From: Actinomycetes bacterium
GTDB lineage: Bacteria > Actinomycetota > Actinomycetes > S36-B12
Length of the DNA: 64,000 bases
Assembly (NCBI GenBank): GCA_965227045.1
Contig: OZ245718.1
Span: forward strand, 65,199-129,198
Reading direction: 5' to 3'
Under the pieces are notes generated by a model. It saw nothing but the letters and a program-made list of their open reading frames with translations, ran no database searches and was not told the DNA's origin. How positions within the stretch are numbered: the stretch's first letter is position 1; each line of letters begins with the position of its first letter. Made by a program: the position numbers and the translations under genes. Shown here piece by piece: positions 49,481 through 59,324 of the stretch.

Positions 49481-50226
49481 CCGGTCCGCCGATCGTTCTG
49501 CTGCACGCCTTCCCTCTTGATCACCGACTATGGGAGTACCAGGCGACGCACCTTGCCGCACTCGGATTCGATGTCATCGTCCCCGATCTGCCGGGCTTCG
49601 GCGGCACGGCACTTCCCGACGCGGCGCCGTCGCTGCAGGTGATTGCGGACATCGTTCTCGCGCAACTCGACGAGCATGGGATCGATCGCTGCGTCCTCGG
49701 CGGAGTGTCGCTCGGTGGGTACGTGGCGATGGCGATTTTGCGACAGCGGCCCGACCTCGCCACGGGTGTCGTGCTGTGCGGAACGAAGGCGACGGCAGAC
49801 GGCGATCAGGCTCGAGCCAATCGCGAGCGACTTGCTCAGCTCGTTCTGGACACCCCGCACGACTGTGCACGCATTCTCGAGCAGGCCGTGCTGCCTGGGC
49901 TGCTCGGTGACACCTCGCGTGCTGATCGTCCCGACGTCGTCGCGACGGTCAGGGAGTGGCTCGCAGACGCGCCCGCCGACACTGTTGCGTGGTACCAGCG
50001 CGCGATGGCGCTACGGCCCGACTCGATGGACGTGCTGGCCGGTCTCGACGTCCCTGCGCTTGTCATCTGGGGTCCAGAGGATGCGCTGAGCCCTCGTGCG
50101 GAGCAGGACCTCATGATCGATGCCCTGATCGACGGACGACTCGTGCTCATCGAGTCGGCGGGACATCTGGCCCTGATCGAGCGCCCCGACGCGGTGAGCG
50201 AGGCAATCGCGGACTTCGCAGGCTAG
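49477..50226 (+). CDS. Alpha/beta hydrolase
   Basis: GTGA overlap with the previous gene. Contains VLLHAFPLDHRLW and GVSLGG (GxSxG). Confidence 0.8.
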   Translation: MTGPPIVLLHAFPLDHRLWEYQATHLAALGFDVIVPDLPGFGGTALPDAAPSLQVIADIVLAQLDEHGIDRCVLGGVSLGGYVAMAILRQRPDLATGVVLCGTKATADGDQARANRERLAQLVLDTPHDCARILEQAVLPGLLGDTSRADRPDVVATVREWLADAPADTVAWYQRAMALRPDSMDVLAGLDVPALVIWGPEDALSPRAEQDLMIDALIDGRLVLIESAGHLALIERPDAVSEAIADFAG

Positions 50227-52121
50227 AGGCCCGCGGCCTTCTTGATGAGTTTCGCGTAAGCCTTGGCGCCCTTTGGCGTCAGGTGGACGCCGTCGCTGAC
50301 GAAGTACTCCGGATGTCCCTCGGCTGCTGCGTGCCAGTCCGCGATTACCGCGTTGGGATAGTCGGGGACGACCGTGTCGATCACGTCGTTGTTCTGCTCC
50401 TCCCACGTTCGAGGGACCGAGCCATTGACGATCACGACGCGCTTGGTCTTGGTGAGCAGATCAAGCTGCTCGCGCAGCATGTCCTCCGGCAGGACGCCAT
50501 TGGTGCCTAGATGCAGCACAACGATGTCGGCCAGTTTGTCGCGCGCCTTGAGCTTCTTGATCCGGCCCGTGAACGCTCCGGGGAAGCGCGACACCGCAGC
50601 GTCGACGCGTGCGCCGGGGATGACGTCGTAGATGGTGCTGCGAGCGCCCAGCATGACCGAGTCGCCGATCGCGCTCAGCGTTCCGTTCTTGGGCTGCTCG
50701 GCGACTGCGGAACTGCCGGGTGACGCCGAGGCGCCCGGTGATGCGACGCTGCTCGGCTGGTCGTCGATCGAGACCTCGGTCGGCCCGCCATCGGCGATGC
50801 CCATCGCCTCGGCGACGTCGGGCGCGAGACCCGCGGCGGCCGTCGGGGCCGGCGCGGTCGCGAGGACCGTGCCGACCAGGACCACGCCTGCCGTGGCAGT
50901 CGCGATCACTGCGAGACTCCGGCGCGAGCGACGGCGTCGTTCGTCACCCGTCGAGGTGCGCCAGGCCGTGATCCAGCGGTCGATCGCCCCGCGGCGAATG
51001 GGCATCTCGACGAAGCGGAAGCTCAGTTCCGCGATACCGAACGTCAGGGCCAGCCGGAAGATCAGTAGCGGGATGCCGTCGAGCGGCGTGTCCAGAGTCG
51101 GTCGGGTGATCATGAAGATCGGCCAGTGCCACAGGTAAAGCCCGTACGAGCGCTGGCCTATGTACTTCCACGGCTGCGTTCCCATCCAGCGGCCAAGTGG
51201 CGATCCGGGGTGGCTGGCCATGGCAATCAGAAGGGCGACGACCAGGGCCAGGACGAGGAATCCGCCGCGGTACATCCACGGCGAGAACTCGCCGACGAAC
51301 AGGAAGAACCACAGCACGCCGAGCAGTGCGGCGATGCCGGTGCCCGCGAGGATGATCGGCCCGCCGCGGGGGAGTTTGGTGGGCAGGCGTCCGGGCCGCC
51401 AGAAGGTCGCGAGCGCGGCCCCGATCAGCAGGCCCATCGCGTGGGAGTCAGTGCCGAAGTACGCGCGGCTTGGATCGGCATACTCCGGGTAGCCGTTCGC
51501 CGAGGACAGCCAAACCAGCCAGATGGTCGACGCCAGCGCCATGACGAGCGCGGTCGCGCGCACGCCCCGACGGCCCGCCTTGCGCATGGCCACGAACGCG
51601 ATGACCGGCCAGATGAAGTAGAACTGCTCCTCGACCGCGAGCGACCACAGGTGCTTGAGCAGTGGCGGTCGACCGATGAACTCGAAGTACGACTGGTCGT
51701 TGAAGATGTACCACCAGTTATTGACGTAGAAGATCGACGCAACCGTGTCGGCTCGCACCTGCGCCGCAGCGTCGCGATAGAAGAAGGCTGCGGCAATCGC
51801 GACCACGGCGAGCAGCAGGATGAGCGCGGGCAGCAGGCGTCGCGCGCGGCCGAGATAGAAGCGCTTGAAGCTGATGCCGCCCGAGCGGTCGAACTCCTCC
51901 AGGAGCAGCGACGTGATGAGGAAACCGCTCAGGACGAAAAAGACATCGACGCCGAGGAATCCGCCTCGGATCCAGGTGAGGTCGGCGTGGTACAGCAGTA
52001 CGCCGAGGACGGCAAGAGCACGCACGCCGTCGAGGCCGGGCAGGTAGCCCATCTCACCGTTACGACGTCCACGATCAAGGAGCCACGGCACGCTCTCCGA
52101 TGCTGCGGGCGTGGCGGTCAC
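50223..52121 (-). CDS. Acyltransferase-3 family membrane protein with a C-terminal SGNH hydrolase domain (OatA-like O-acetyltransferase)
   Basis: LDGVRALAVLGVLLYHA...VDVFFVLSGFLIT marks the AT3 domain, and GDSVMLG marks the SGNH domain near the C-terminus. The start is ambiguous (GTG at 52121 or ATG at 52052). Confidence 0.85.
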   Translation of the reverse strand: MTATPAASESVPWLLDRGRRNGEMGYLPGLDGVRALAVLGVLLYHADLTWIRGGFLGVDVFFVLSGFLITSLLLEEFDRSGGISFKRFYLGRARRLLPALILLLAVVAIAAAFFYRDAAAQVRADTVASIFYVNNWWYIFNDQSYFEFIGRPPLLKHLWSLAVEEQFYFIWPVIAFVAMRKAGRRGVRATALVMALASTIWLVWLSSANGYPEYADPSRAYFGTDSHAMGLLIGAALATFWRPGRLPTKLPRGGPIILAGTGIAALLGVLWFFLFVGEFSPWMYRGGFLVLALVVALLIAMASHPGSPLGRWMGTQPWKYIGQRSYGLYLWHWPIFMITRPTLDTPLDGIPLLIFRLALTFGIAELSFRFVEMPIRRGAIDRWITAWRTSTGDERRRRSRRSLAVIATATAGVVLVGTVLATAPAPTAAAGLAPDVAEAMGIADGGPTEVSIDDQPSSVASPGASASPGSSAVAEQPKNGTLSAIGDSVMLGARSTIYDVIPGARVDAAVSRFPGAFTGRIKKLKARDKLADIVVLHLGTNGVLPEDMLREQLDLLTKTKRVVIVNGSVPRTWEEQNNDVIDTVVPDYPNAVIADWHAAAEGHPEYFVSDGVHLTPKGAKAYAKLIKKAAGL

Positions 52122-52151
52122 GTCGACATGGTACGTGAGGTCGTGCCGTCC

Positions 52152-53495
52152 TCAGACGCTGCGAAATCGGTTGATGTCGTCGAGGTGCTGCGCACGGAAT
52201 TCGGGGTTGGTGACGCCGAGTCCGGGTTCGGGTGCGAGGGCGAGGACGGCGACCTTGCCCTGGTGGGCGTTGCGGTGGACCTGGTATGCGGCTTCGCCGG
52301 TGTCGTCTAGCGCGAAGGTCTGCGAGACGGTGGGGTGGATCATGCCCTTGGCGATGAGCCGGTTGGCCTCGTAGGCCTCGCGGTAGTTCGCGAAGTGGGA
52401 GCCGATGATCCGCTTGAGGGACATCCACAGGTAGCGGTTGTCGTACTCGTGCATGTAGCCGCTGGTCGAGGCGCAGGTGACGATGGTGCCGCCCTTGCGG
52501 GTGACGTAGACGCTCGCGCCGAACGTCTCCCGGCCGGGATGCTCGAAGACGATGTCGGGATCGTCGCCGCCGGTGAGCTGGCGGATCTTCTTGCCCAGGC
52601 GCTGCCACTCGCGGGGGTCCTGGGTGTGCTCGTCGGACCAGAACTGGTAGCCCTCCGCGGAGCGGTCGATGATGTTGACCGCTCCCATCGCCCGGCACAG
52701 CTCCGCCTTCTCCGGCGACGACACCACGCACACCGGGATCGCGCCGCCGTTCAGGGCGTACTGCGTGGCGTACGAGCCCAGGCCTCCCGAGGCCCCCCAG
52801 ATCAGGACGACATCGCCCTGCTTCATCCCCGCACCGTTGCGGGAGACCAGCTGCCGGTAGGCGGTGGAGTTCACCAGGCCCGGTGCGGCGGCCTCCTCCC
52901 ACGTCAGGTGCTCGGGCTTGGCCATCAGCTGGTTCGCCTTGACCACGCACAGCTCGGCCAGGCCGCCGAAGTTCGTCTCGAACCCCCAGATCCGCTGCTC
53001 GGGATCCAGCATCGTGTCGTTGTGACCGAACGGGGACTCCAGGTCCACGCTCAGGCAGTGCGCGACGACGCGGTCTCCGGGCTTCCACACGCTCACCCCG
53101 GGCCCGGTGCGCAGCACCACGCCCGAGGCATCCGAGCCCAGCACGTGATACGGCAGATCATGGCGGCGCGCATCCGGAGTCGACTTCGCGTACCGGTCCA
53201 AGAACCCGAACGTGGACACCGGCTCGAAGATCGACGACCAGACCGTGTTGTAGTTGATGGACGAGGCCATCACCGCCATCAGCACCTCACCGGCAGCAAG
53301 GTCCGGAACCGGCACGTCCTCCACATGCAACGAGCGACGCGGATCCTTCTCCCGCGACGGCAGACCCTCGAACATGCCCTGCTCGTCACGATGAATCGTC
53401 ACCGCGCGGTACGTACTCGGCACCTCGATATTGCCGAACACGTCCTCACCGGACAGGTCCTCGATCGCCGCAGCAATCCCGCCCAGATCACTCAT
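52152..53495 (-). CDS. ccr: Crotonyl-CoA carboxylase/reductase
   Basis: 447 aa MDR-family enzyme. The pattern SINYNTVWSSIFEP...GSDASGVV...IWGFETNFGGLAE...IWGASGGLGSYA matches Ccr. Confidence 0.88.
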   Translation of the reverse strand: MSDLGGIAAAIEDLSGEDVFGNIEVPSTYRAVTIHRDEQGMFEGLPSREKDPRRSLHVEDVPVPDLAAGEVLMAVMASSINYNTVWSSIFEPVSTFGFLDRYAKSTPDARRHDLPYHVLGSDASGVVLRTGPGVSVWKPGDRVVAHCLSVDLESPFGHNDTMLDPEQRIWGFETNFGGLAELCVVKANQLMAKPEHLTWEEAAAPGLVNSTAYRQLVSRNGAGMKQGDVVLIWGASGGLGSYATQYALNGGAIPVCVVSSPEKAELCRAMGAVNIIDRSAEGYQFWSDEHTQDPREWQRLGKKIRQLTGGDDPDIVFEHPGRETFGASVYVTRKGGTIVTCASTSGYMHEYDNRYLWMSLKRIIGSHFANYREAYEANRLIAKGMIHPTVSQTFALDDTGEAAYQVHRNAHQGKVAVLALAPEPGLGVTNPEFRAQHLDDINRFRSV

Positions 53496-53916
53496 GCGGG
53501 ACCGCCTGGACCAGTTCGATCAGGACGCCGCCGCAGTCCTTCGGGTGACAGAAGTTGACCAGAGATCCGGCAGTGCCGACCTGCGCAGTGTCGTAGAGCA
53601 TGCGCACCCCGGCTGAACGCAGGGCAGCGGCCGTCGCCTCGACATCGTCGACGCCGTAGGCGATCTGCTGGATTCCCGGACCGGAGCGGTCCAGGAACTT
53701 GCCGATCGTCGACTCGGGTGTCAGCGGCGCGAGCAGTTGGATGCACGAGCCGGAATCACCGACGCCGAGCATCGCCTCGCGGACGCCCTGACGCTCGTTG
53801 ACCTCCTCGTGGAGTACCGACAGGCCGAAGGCTCGCGAGTAGAAGGCGATCGCCTCGTCCAGGTCGGGGACGGCAATGCCCACATGGTCGATACGCGTGA
53901 GAAGAGGAGAGTCCAT
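53488..53916 (-). CDS. mce: Methylmalonyl-CoA (ethylmalonyl-CoA) epimerase, VOC superfamily
   Basis: IDHVGIAVPDLDEAIAFY...GPGIQQIAYGVDD...HPKDCGGVLIELV. Its stop overlaps the ccr start by 8 nt (ATGAGTGA). Confidence 0.88.
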   Translation of the reverse strand: MDSPLLTRIDHVGIAVPDLDEAIAFYSRAFGLSVLHEEVNERQGVREAMLGVGDSGSCIQLLAPLTPESTIGKFLDRSGPGIQQIAYGVDDVEATAAALRSAGVRMLYDTAQVGTAGSLVNFCHPKDCGGVLIELVQAVPHE

Positions 53917-53972
53917 GGCGTTATGTTGTCACCATCGAACGTAGGGGCGGATAGCAGAGGTAGGGGACCGGC

Positions 53973-55169
53973 ATGTCGTTCTCGCAGGGCTCGGTAATCG
54001 TTGCTGGCGCGCGCACCCCGATGGGTCGCCTGCAGGGCCAGTTGAAGTCATTTCGCGCGACCGATCTGGGGGCCGTTGCGATCCGGGCGGCCATGGAGCG
54101 TGCTGGCATCTCTCCCGAGCAGGTCGAGTACGTGATCATGGGCCAGGTCATCCAGGCGGGCACCGGTCAGATCACCGCCCGGCAGGCCGCCGTAGGCGCC
54201 GGCATCCCGATGGACGTCCCCGCGCTGACCATCAACAAGGTCTGCCTGTCCGGCCTCGACGCGATTGCGCTCGCCGACCAGCTCATCCGTGCGGGCGAGT
54301 TCGACGTCGTGGTTGCCGGCGGCATGGAGTCGATGACCAACGCGCCGCACCTGCTCATGGGCTCGCGCGACGGCGTGAAGTACGGCGACTGGACGATGAC
54401 CGACGCGACCGCCACTGACGCGCTCACCTGCGCTTTCGAGGGCATCGCGATGGGCGAGAGCACCGAGCGCGACAACGGCCGCTATCCGCTCACCCGCGAG
54501 GACCAGGACGCATTCGCCGCGAGGTCGCACCAGCGCGCGGCCGCGGCCGTCGCGTCCGGAGTCTTCGCCGACGAGATCACCCCGGTCACCGTCCCGCAGC
54601 GGAAGGGCGACCCGCTGGTCGTGGACTTGGATGAGGGCATCCGCCCGGAGACCACCGTCGAGACTCTCGCAGGACTTCGTCCCGCGTTCGCGAAGGACGG
54701 GGCCATCACCGCAGGCAACTCCTCGCCGATTTCCGATGGTGCCGCGGCCGTGGTCGTCATGAGCCGCAGGAAGGCCGAGGAGCTCGGCCTCACGTGGCTG
54801 GCTGAGATCGGCGCGCACGGAGTTGTGGCCGGACCGGACACCTCGCTGCACGAGCAGCCAGCGAACGCGATCCTCAAGGCCTGCAAGCGCGAGGGCATCG
54901 CCGTCGCGGACGTCGACCTCATCGAGATCAACGAGGCGTTCGCGTCGGTTGGCCTGGTGTCAATGCGAGCGCTCGGCGTCTCCGAGGACATCGTCAACGT
55001 GAATGGTGGAGCAATCGCGCTCGGCCATCCGGTGGGCATGTCCGGAGCGCGGATCGTCCTCAGCGCTGTTCTCGAACTCCAGCGACGCGGCGGCGGAATC
55101 GGTGCAGCCGCGCTGTGCGGCGGCGGCGGGCAGGGCGACGCGCTCTTGTTCCGCGTCCCGTCGGCGTAG
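53973..55169 (+). CDS. Acetyl-CoA C-acetyltransferase (thiolase II)
   Basis: It has the active-site Cys context INKVCLSGL, the C-terminal [19 protein letters not shown], and CGGGGQG. Confidence 0.93.
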   Translation: MSFSQGSVIVAGARTPMGRLQGQLKSFRATDLGAVAIRAAMERAGISPEQVEYVIMGQVIQAGTGQITARQAAVGAGIPMDVPALTINKVCLSGLDAIALADQLIRAGEFDVVVAGGMESMTNAPHLLMGSRDGVKYGDWTMTDATATDALTCAFEGIAMGESTERDNGRYPLTREDQDAFAARSHQRAAAAVASGVFADEITPVTVPQRKGDPLVVDLDEGIRPETTVETLAGLRPAFAKDGAITAGNSSPISDGAAAVVVMSRRKAEELGLTWLAEIGAHGVVAGPDTSLHEQPANAILKACKREGIAVADVDLIEINEAFASVGLVSMRALGVSEDIVNVNGGAIALGHPVGMSGARIVLSAVLELQRRGGGIGAAALCGGGGQGDALLFRVPSA

Positions 55170-55185
55170 GCACCGTCCCTGTCAC

Positions 55186-56124
55186 GTGAGCACGCTCCAG
55201 CCGCTCCTCGAGGGTGCTCGCGCGGGCAGGCCACGGGAGATCGCCAGGTTGATCTCGCTCGTCGAGAACGGTTCGGCCGACGTACCGGAGGCCATGCGCG
55301 AACTGGCCGCCTCCGCCGGTAACGCGCGCGTCATTGGCATCACCGGTTCTCCGGGCGTCGGCAAGTCCACGACCACCTCCGCGATCATCACGCGGCTCCG
55401 CTCCGACGGGCACCGCGTCGGCGTACTCGCCGTCGACCCGTCCTCGCCGTTCTCCGGCGGTGCACTGCTGGGCGACCGCATCCGGATGCAGCAGCACGCG
55501 ACCGATGAGGGCGTGTTCATCCGCTCGATGGCCTCCCGCGGGCATCTCGGCGGGCTGTCTGCGACCACGCCCCAGGCACTTCGCGTGCTCGACGCAGCAG
55601 GATTCGACGTGGTCCTCATCGAGACGGTGGGCGTCGGTCAGTCGGAGATCGAGGTTGCCGGCTCCGCGGACACCACCCTCGTGCTGCTTGCGCCCGGGAT
55701 GGGTGACGGCATCCAGGCTGCGAAGGCGGGCATCCTCGAGATCGGCGACGTCTTCGCCGTGAACAAGGCCGACCGCGATGGTGCAGATGCCACCGTGCGC
55801 GAGTTGAGGAACATGGTCGGCCTCGGTCAGCGGTCTGCGGACACGTGGTCTCCGAAGGTCGTCAAGACCATCGCATCAACGGGTGAGGGGATCGACGAAC
55901 TGATGGCAGCACTCGCCGCGCATGCGAAGTGGCTGTCGCAGTCTGGCCGCTTGGAGGCGCGCCGGGTCAAGCGGGCGCGCGAGGAGATCGAAGCGATTGC
56001 GGTGGGCATGCTGCGTCGAAGGTTGACCACCGGCGACGGGCTAGCTGCGCTAGAGGGGGCAGCGCGAGACGTCGCGGCCGGCCGAACCGACGGGTATACG
56101 GCGGCGTCGGGCCTCGTCGGCTGA
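55186..56124 (+). CDS. meaB: Methylmalonyl-CoA mutase-associated GTPase MeaB (G3E family metallochaperone)
   Basis: GTG start 17 nt after the thiolase stop. P-loop GSPGVGKST, then ETVGVGQSE and NKAD. Confidence 0.9.
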   Translation: MSTLQPLLEGARAGRPREIARLISLVENGSADVPEAMRELAASAGNARVIGITGSPGVGKSTTTSAIITRLRSDGHRVGVLAVDPSSPFSGGALLGDRIRMQQHATDEGVFIRSMASRGHLGGLSATTPQALRVLDAAGFDVVLIETVGVGQSEIEVAGSADTTLVLLAPGMGDGIQAAKAGILEIGDVFAVNKADRDGADATVRELRNMVGLGQRSADTWSPKVVKTIASTGEGIDELMAALAAHAKWLSQSGRLEARRVKRAREEIEAIAVGMLRRRLTTGDGLAALEGAARDVAAGRTDGYTAASGLVG

Positions 56125-56132
56125 CCGGCTCG

Positions 56133-56480
56133 TTAGCCGATCGTGCAGCCGGTGACGATGTCGGCCTCGACGTCGAAGGTGAAGCGGTCCTCGCGCAGAT
56201 CGGTCGTCACGGCCTGTGCCTCGCCGTCGAGGGTGCCAACGCGCGTGGTGTAGCCGCTGGCCTCGGCGAGCGCGACGGCCGCCTCAACCGGGAGCTTCTG
56301 CTCGATGATCTGGGCGCAGAGCGCGGTCATGTCCTCGTTCGCGGTGACGGGACTGCCGCTCAGATTGATCTCCGAGACGGGGGCGTCGGACGAGGACGAG
56401 GAGCACGCGGACAGTCCGGTGATCGCCATCACGGCAATGGCGGCGCTCGCAAGAGCGGTGGTGACGGGACGTGCACGCAT
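56133..56480 (-). CDS. Small lipoprotein (possibly peptidase-inhibitor I78-like)
   Basis: SD AGGAGG. The signal peptide carries the lipobox ITGLSAC. 115 aa. The family call is tentative. Confidence 0.6.
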   Translation of the reverse strand: MRARPVTTALASAAIAVMAITGLSACSSSSSDAPVSEINLSGSPVTANEDMTALCAQIIEQKLPVEAAVALAEASGYTTRVGTLDGEAQAVTTDLREDRFTFDVEADIVTGCTIG

Positions 56481-56557
56481 GATGCCTCCTGAGGCTTTGT
56501 CTACTTTGTAAGTATGGATTGTTGCATGCCCTCTCGCGCCAGGCAAACCTTTATGCG

Positions 56558-57025
56558 CTACCGGCGCTTCCAGGCTCCGGGCTCGGAGAGCAGGTCGGTC
56601 ACCTGCGGAGGCAGCTTGCCAGCGGCGACGTCGGCAAGGCTGATGTGCTCGAGCACGTGACGCATCGAGGCGCGCACCGCGATCCACACTTCCCTTAGGT
56701 GCTCGGAGGCACCCGTGTAGTCCAGATCCTCGGGCCGCTTGCCGCGGACCGCCGCGAGCGGGCCGTCCAACGCTCGGACCACATCCGCGATGGACACCTC
56801 GTGGGGATCGCGGTCCAGGCGGTAGCCGCCCTCGGCACCGCGCTGACTGGCCACGATCCCGGACTGGCGCAGCTGCCGCAGAATTCCCTCGAGGAACTTC
56901 AGGGGGATGTCCTGGGCGGTCGAGATTGCCTCGCCCTTGACCAGTCGGCGTGGATCGTCCGCGTAGGTGACCGCGAGCTCAAGGAGCGCGCGCATCCCAT
57001 AGTCGGCTTTCGCGGACACATGCAT
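56558..57025 (-). CDS. Rrf2 family transcriptional regulator without cluster-ligating cysteines (CymR-like type)
   Basis: 155 aa from MHVSAKADYGMRALLELA (wHTH). The sequence contains no Cys at all, so it cannot be a Fe-S-sensing Rrf2. It is divergent from an SsuABC-like operon. Confidence 0.85.
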   Translation of the reverse strand: MHVSAKADYGMRALLELAVTYADDPRRLVKGEAISTAQDIPLKFLEGILRQLRQSGIVASQRGAEGGYRLDRDPHEVSIADVVRALDGPLAAVRGKRPEDLDYTGASEHLREVWIAVRASMRHVLEHISLADVAAGKLPPQVTDLLSEPGAWKRR

Positions 57026-57149
57026 GCCCGCATTCTCTCGTGTTCCGCGGCGGCGCTTACGTGCGACCCGCCGTGCGGCCGAAGACGCGCCCGACATCTG
57101 GGATGCGTCAATGTTTTGCGCGGAGGACATGGATGTGTATATTACTACT

Positions 57150-57167
57150 TATCTTGTAGACAAGATA
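57150..57167. promoter_or_regulatory. AT-rich perfect palindrome, candidate operator in the Rrf2 / ABC-importer divergent region
   Basis: TATCTTGT-AG-ACAAGATA has 8-bp perfect arms. It lies inside the only strongly AT-rich stretch (57131-57180) of a 323-bp intergenic region. Confidence 0.45.
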
Positions 57168-57348
57168 GATTTACTCGGAAATGAGGTGAGGGACGTGTAC
57201 TTCAGCCAGCGGACGCGCAATGCAGTGCAGTACGCGCGCCTGGGTCATCACCCGCACCCGCAGGGGGCCGTGAGCGACTGCCGTCGCGATCACCGCCCCA
57301 CCCACCCATTCCGATCCCCGATCTCGTTCATATAAGGAGAAATTTCAG

Positions 57349-58473
57349 ATGACTCGCACTCGCCTCACCCACCGCGTCGCGGTGGTCGGCATAGCGACGG
57401 TGGCACTCGCCGCTGGTCTGGCCATTCCGGCCGCGACCGGCGCCACGGCCTCCCCGCTCGCCGCGCCCGCCGTTGCTCCGGCGGCGTTGCCGAAGTTGCC
57501 GACCGCGCCTGTCGTGCGCATTGGCTTCTTCGCGAACGTGACCCATGCCCCCGCACTGATCGCTCAGCAGCTGCGCCTGTTCGAGGCATTCCTGGGCAAG
57601 GACGGCACCGCGGTCGAGTACACCGTGTTCAATGCCGGTCCCGCAGAGATCGAGGCGATGAAGGGCGGCGCGATCGACGTCGGCTACATCGGCCCGAACC
57701 CGTCCATCTCCGGTTATACGTCCACCGGAGGCACTCTTCTTCGAGTCGTCTCGGGTGCGACATCCGGTGGCGCTCAGCTGGTCGTGAAGTCGAGCATCAA
57801 CTCGGTTGCTGACCTCAAGGGCAAGAAGATCGCCACCCCGCAGCTGGGCAACACGCAGGACGTGGCCCTTCGCTCATGGCTGAAGGACAACGGACTGACC
57901 TACAACTCGTCCGGTGGTGGCGACGTCGCGATCATCCCGACGGACAATGCGACGACGCTCGCGCTGTTCAAGCGTGGCGACGTCGATGGCGCATGGCTCC
58001 CCGAGCCGTGGTCCTCGCGTCTGGTGACCGAGGCGGGCGCCAAGGTCCTCGTTGACGAGAAGACGCTGTGGCCGGGTGGACAGTTCGTGACCACGAACAT
58101 CATCGCCTCGCAGAAGTTCCTGGCGCAGTACCCGGGCACCGTTCGCTCGATCCTTCAGGCGAACAACAGTGCGATCAAGTACATCGCTTCGAACGTCACC
58201 ACAGCGAAGGATCTCGTCCAGGTCCAGATCAAGAAGTGGACCGGCGCGCAGCTGGCCGACCCGGTGATCAACCGTGCCTGGGGCAACCTCCAGTTCACGT
58301 GGGATCCCCTGCCGAACACGCTCAAGAAGAGCGCCGATGACGCGGTCAACGCCGGTCTGCTCACCCTGGGAGCGAACAAGCTCGCGGGCATCTACGACCT
58401 TCGACTCCTCAACCAGGTGTTGAAGGCCGCCAAGGCGAAGGCAGTCACCGCTGCGGGACTCGGCCGCGAGTAG
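57349..58473 (+). CDS. ABC transporter substrate-binding protein, NMT1/SsuA/NrtA-like (aliphatic sulfonate/nitrate/taurine family)
   Basis: Strong SD (AAGGAGA) and a signal peptide. Contains RIGFFANVTHAPALIA and GAIDVGYIGPNP. Confidence 0.8.
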   Translation: MTRTRLTHRVAVVGIATVALAAGLAIPAATGATASPLAAPAVAPAALPKLPTAPVVRIGFFANVTHAPALIAQQLRLFEAFLGKDGTAVEYTVFNAGPAEIEAMKGGAIDVGYIGPNPSISGYTSTGGTLLRVVSGATSGGAQLVVKSSINSVADLKGKKIATPQLGNTQDVALRSWLKDNGLTYNSSGGGDVAIIPTDNATTLALFKRGDVDGAWLPEPWSSRLVTEAGAKVLVDEKTLWPGGQFVTTNIIASQKFLAQYPGTVRSILQANNSAIKYIASNVTTAKDLVQVQIKKWTGAQLADPVINRAWGNLQFTWDPLPNTLKKSADDAVNAGLLTLGANKLAGIYDLRLLNQVLKAAKAKAVTAAGLGRE

Positions 58474-58547
58474 AAGTGCCGGCCGTGCGTCGCCCCGCGA
58501 GGGCGGCGCACGGCCGTAGGTCCGCCACTACGAATGAGAGAGAGCAC

Positions 58548-59324
58548 ATGAGCGTCATCAGCGGAGTTGAGCAGGAAACGCCTGCTATCAGCCAGTACGC
58601 GGTTCAACTTCGCCACGTCGTGAAGCAGTTCTCCGCTGATGGGCCGATCGTGCTCGATGACATCAACCTCGACGTCAAGCCGGGCGAGTTCATCTCACTC
58701 GTCGGGGCATCCGGCTGCGGCAAGTCGACGCTGCTCAATCTGCTCGCCGGACTCGATACCCAGACGTCCGGGACCATCGAGACCTCGGGTGCTCCGACCC
58801 TGATGTTCCAGGAGTCAGCGCTGATGCCGTGGCTCACGGCTGGCAAGAATGTCGAACTCGCGCTGCTGTTCCGCGGGATGCCGCGCAGTGAGCGCAAGGC
58901 CAAGGCCCAAGAGCTCCTGTCCCTCGTGCACCTCGAGCGCTCCTACAACCAGCGTCCCCACGAACTCTCCGGCGGTATGCGCCAGCGCGTGGCCATCGCA
59001 CGCGCCCTAGCCCAGGACAGATCGATCCTCCTGATGGACGAGCCGTTCGCCGCTCTGGACGCGATCACTCGCGACCTGCTCCACGAGGAGCTCACGCGCA
59101 TCTGGCTTGAGACCGGCATGACGATCATCTTCGTCACGCACAACGTTCGCGAGGCCGTACGCCTGAGCCAGCGCATCCTGCTCATGTCGTCTCGCCCGGG
59201 CCGAATCATCAAGGAATGGAATCCCGGTGGCCGAGAGGTCAAACGACTGGATTCGACGGAAGTCGCGACCCTTGCAGCTGAAGTGACCGACGCCCTACGC
59301 GAGGAGATCGTTCGACATGCCTAA
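58548..59324 (+). CDS. ABC transporter ATP-binding protein (SsuB/TauB/NrtD-like)
   Basis: Walker A GASGCGKST, signature LSGGMRQR, Walker B LLMDEPF. 258 aa from MSVISGV. Confidence 0.9.
   Translation: MSVISGVEQETPAISQYAVQLRHVVKQFSADGPIVLDDINLDVKPGEFISLVGASGCGKSTLLNLLAGLDTQTSGTIETSGAPTLMFQESALMPWLTAGKNVELALLFRGMPRSERKAKAQELLSLVHLERSYNQRPHELSGGMRQRVAIARALAQDRSILLMDEPFAALDAITRDLLHEELTRIWLETGMTIIFVTHNVREAVRLSQRILLMSSRPGRIIKEWNPGGREVKRLDSTEVATLAAEVTDALREEIVRHA

Noticed and set aside
57168-57348. Possible TPP or SAM riboswitch in the long leader of the NMT1-type binding-protein gene
   Set aside because: No CUGAGA / ACCUGAUCUGGAUAAUGCCAGCG-like TPP core is visible, and there are no SAM-I/SAM-IV conserved blocks. 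I could not build a convincing multi-stem fold by eye.
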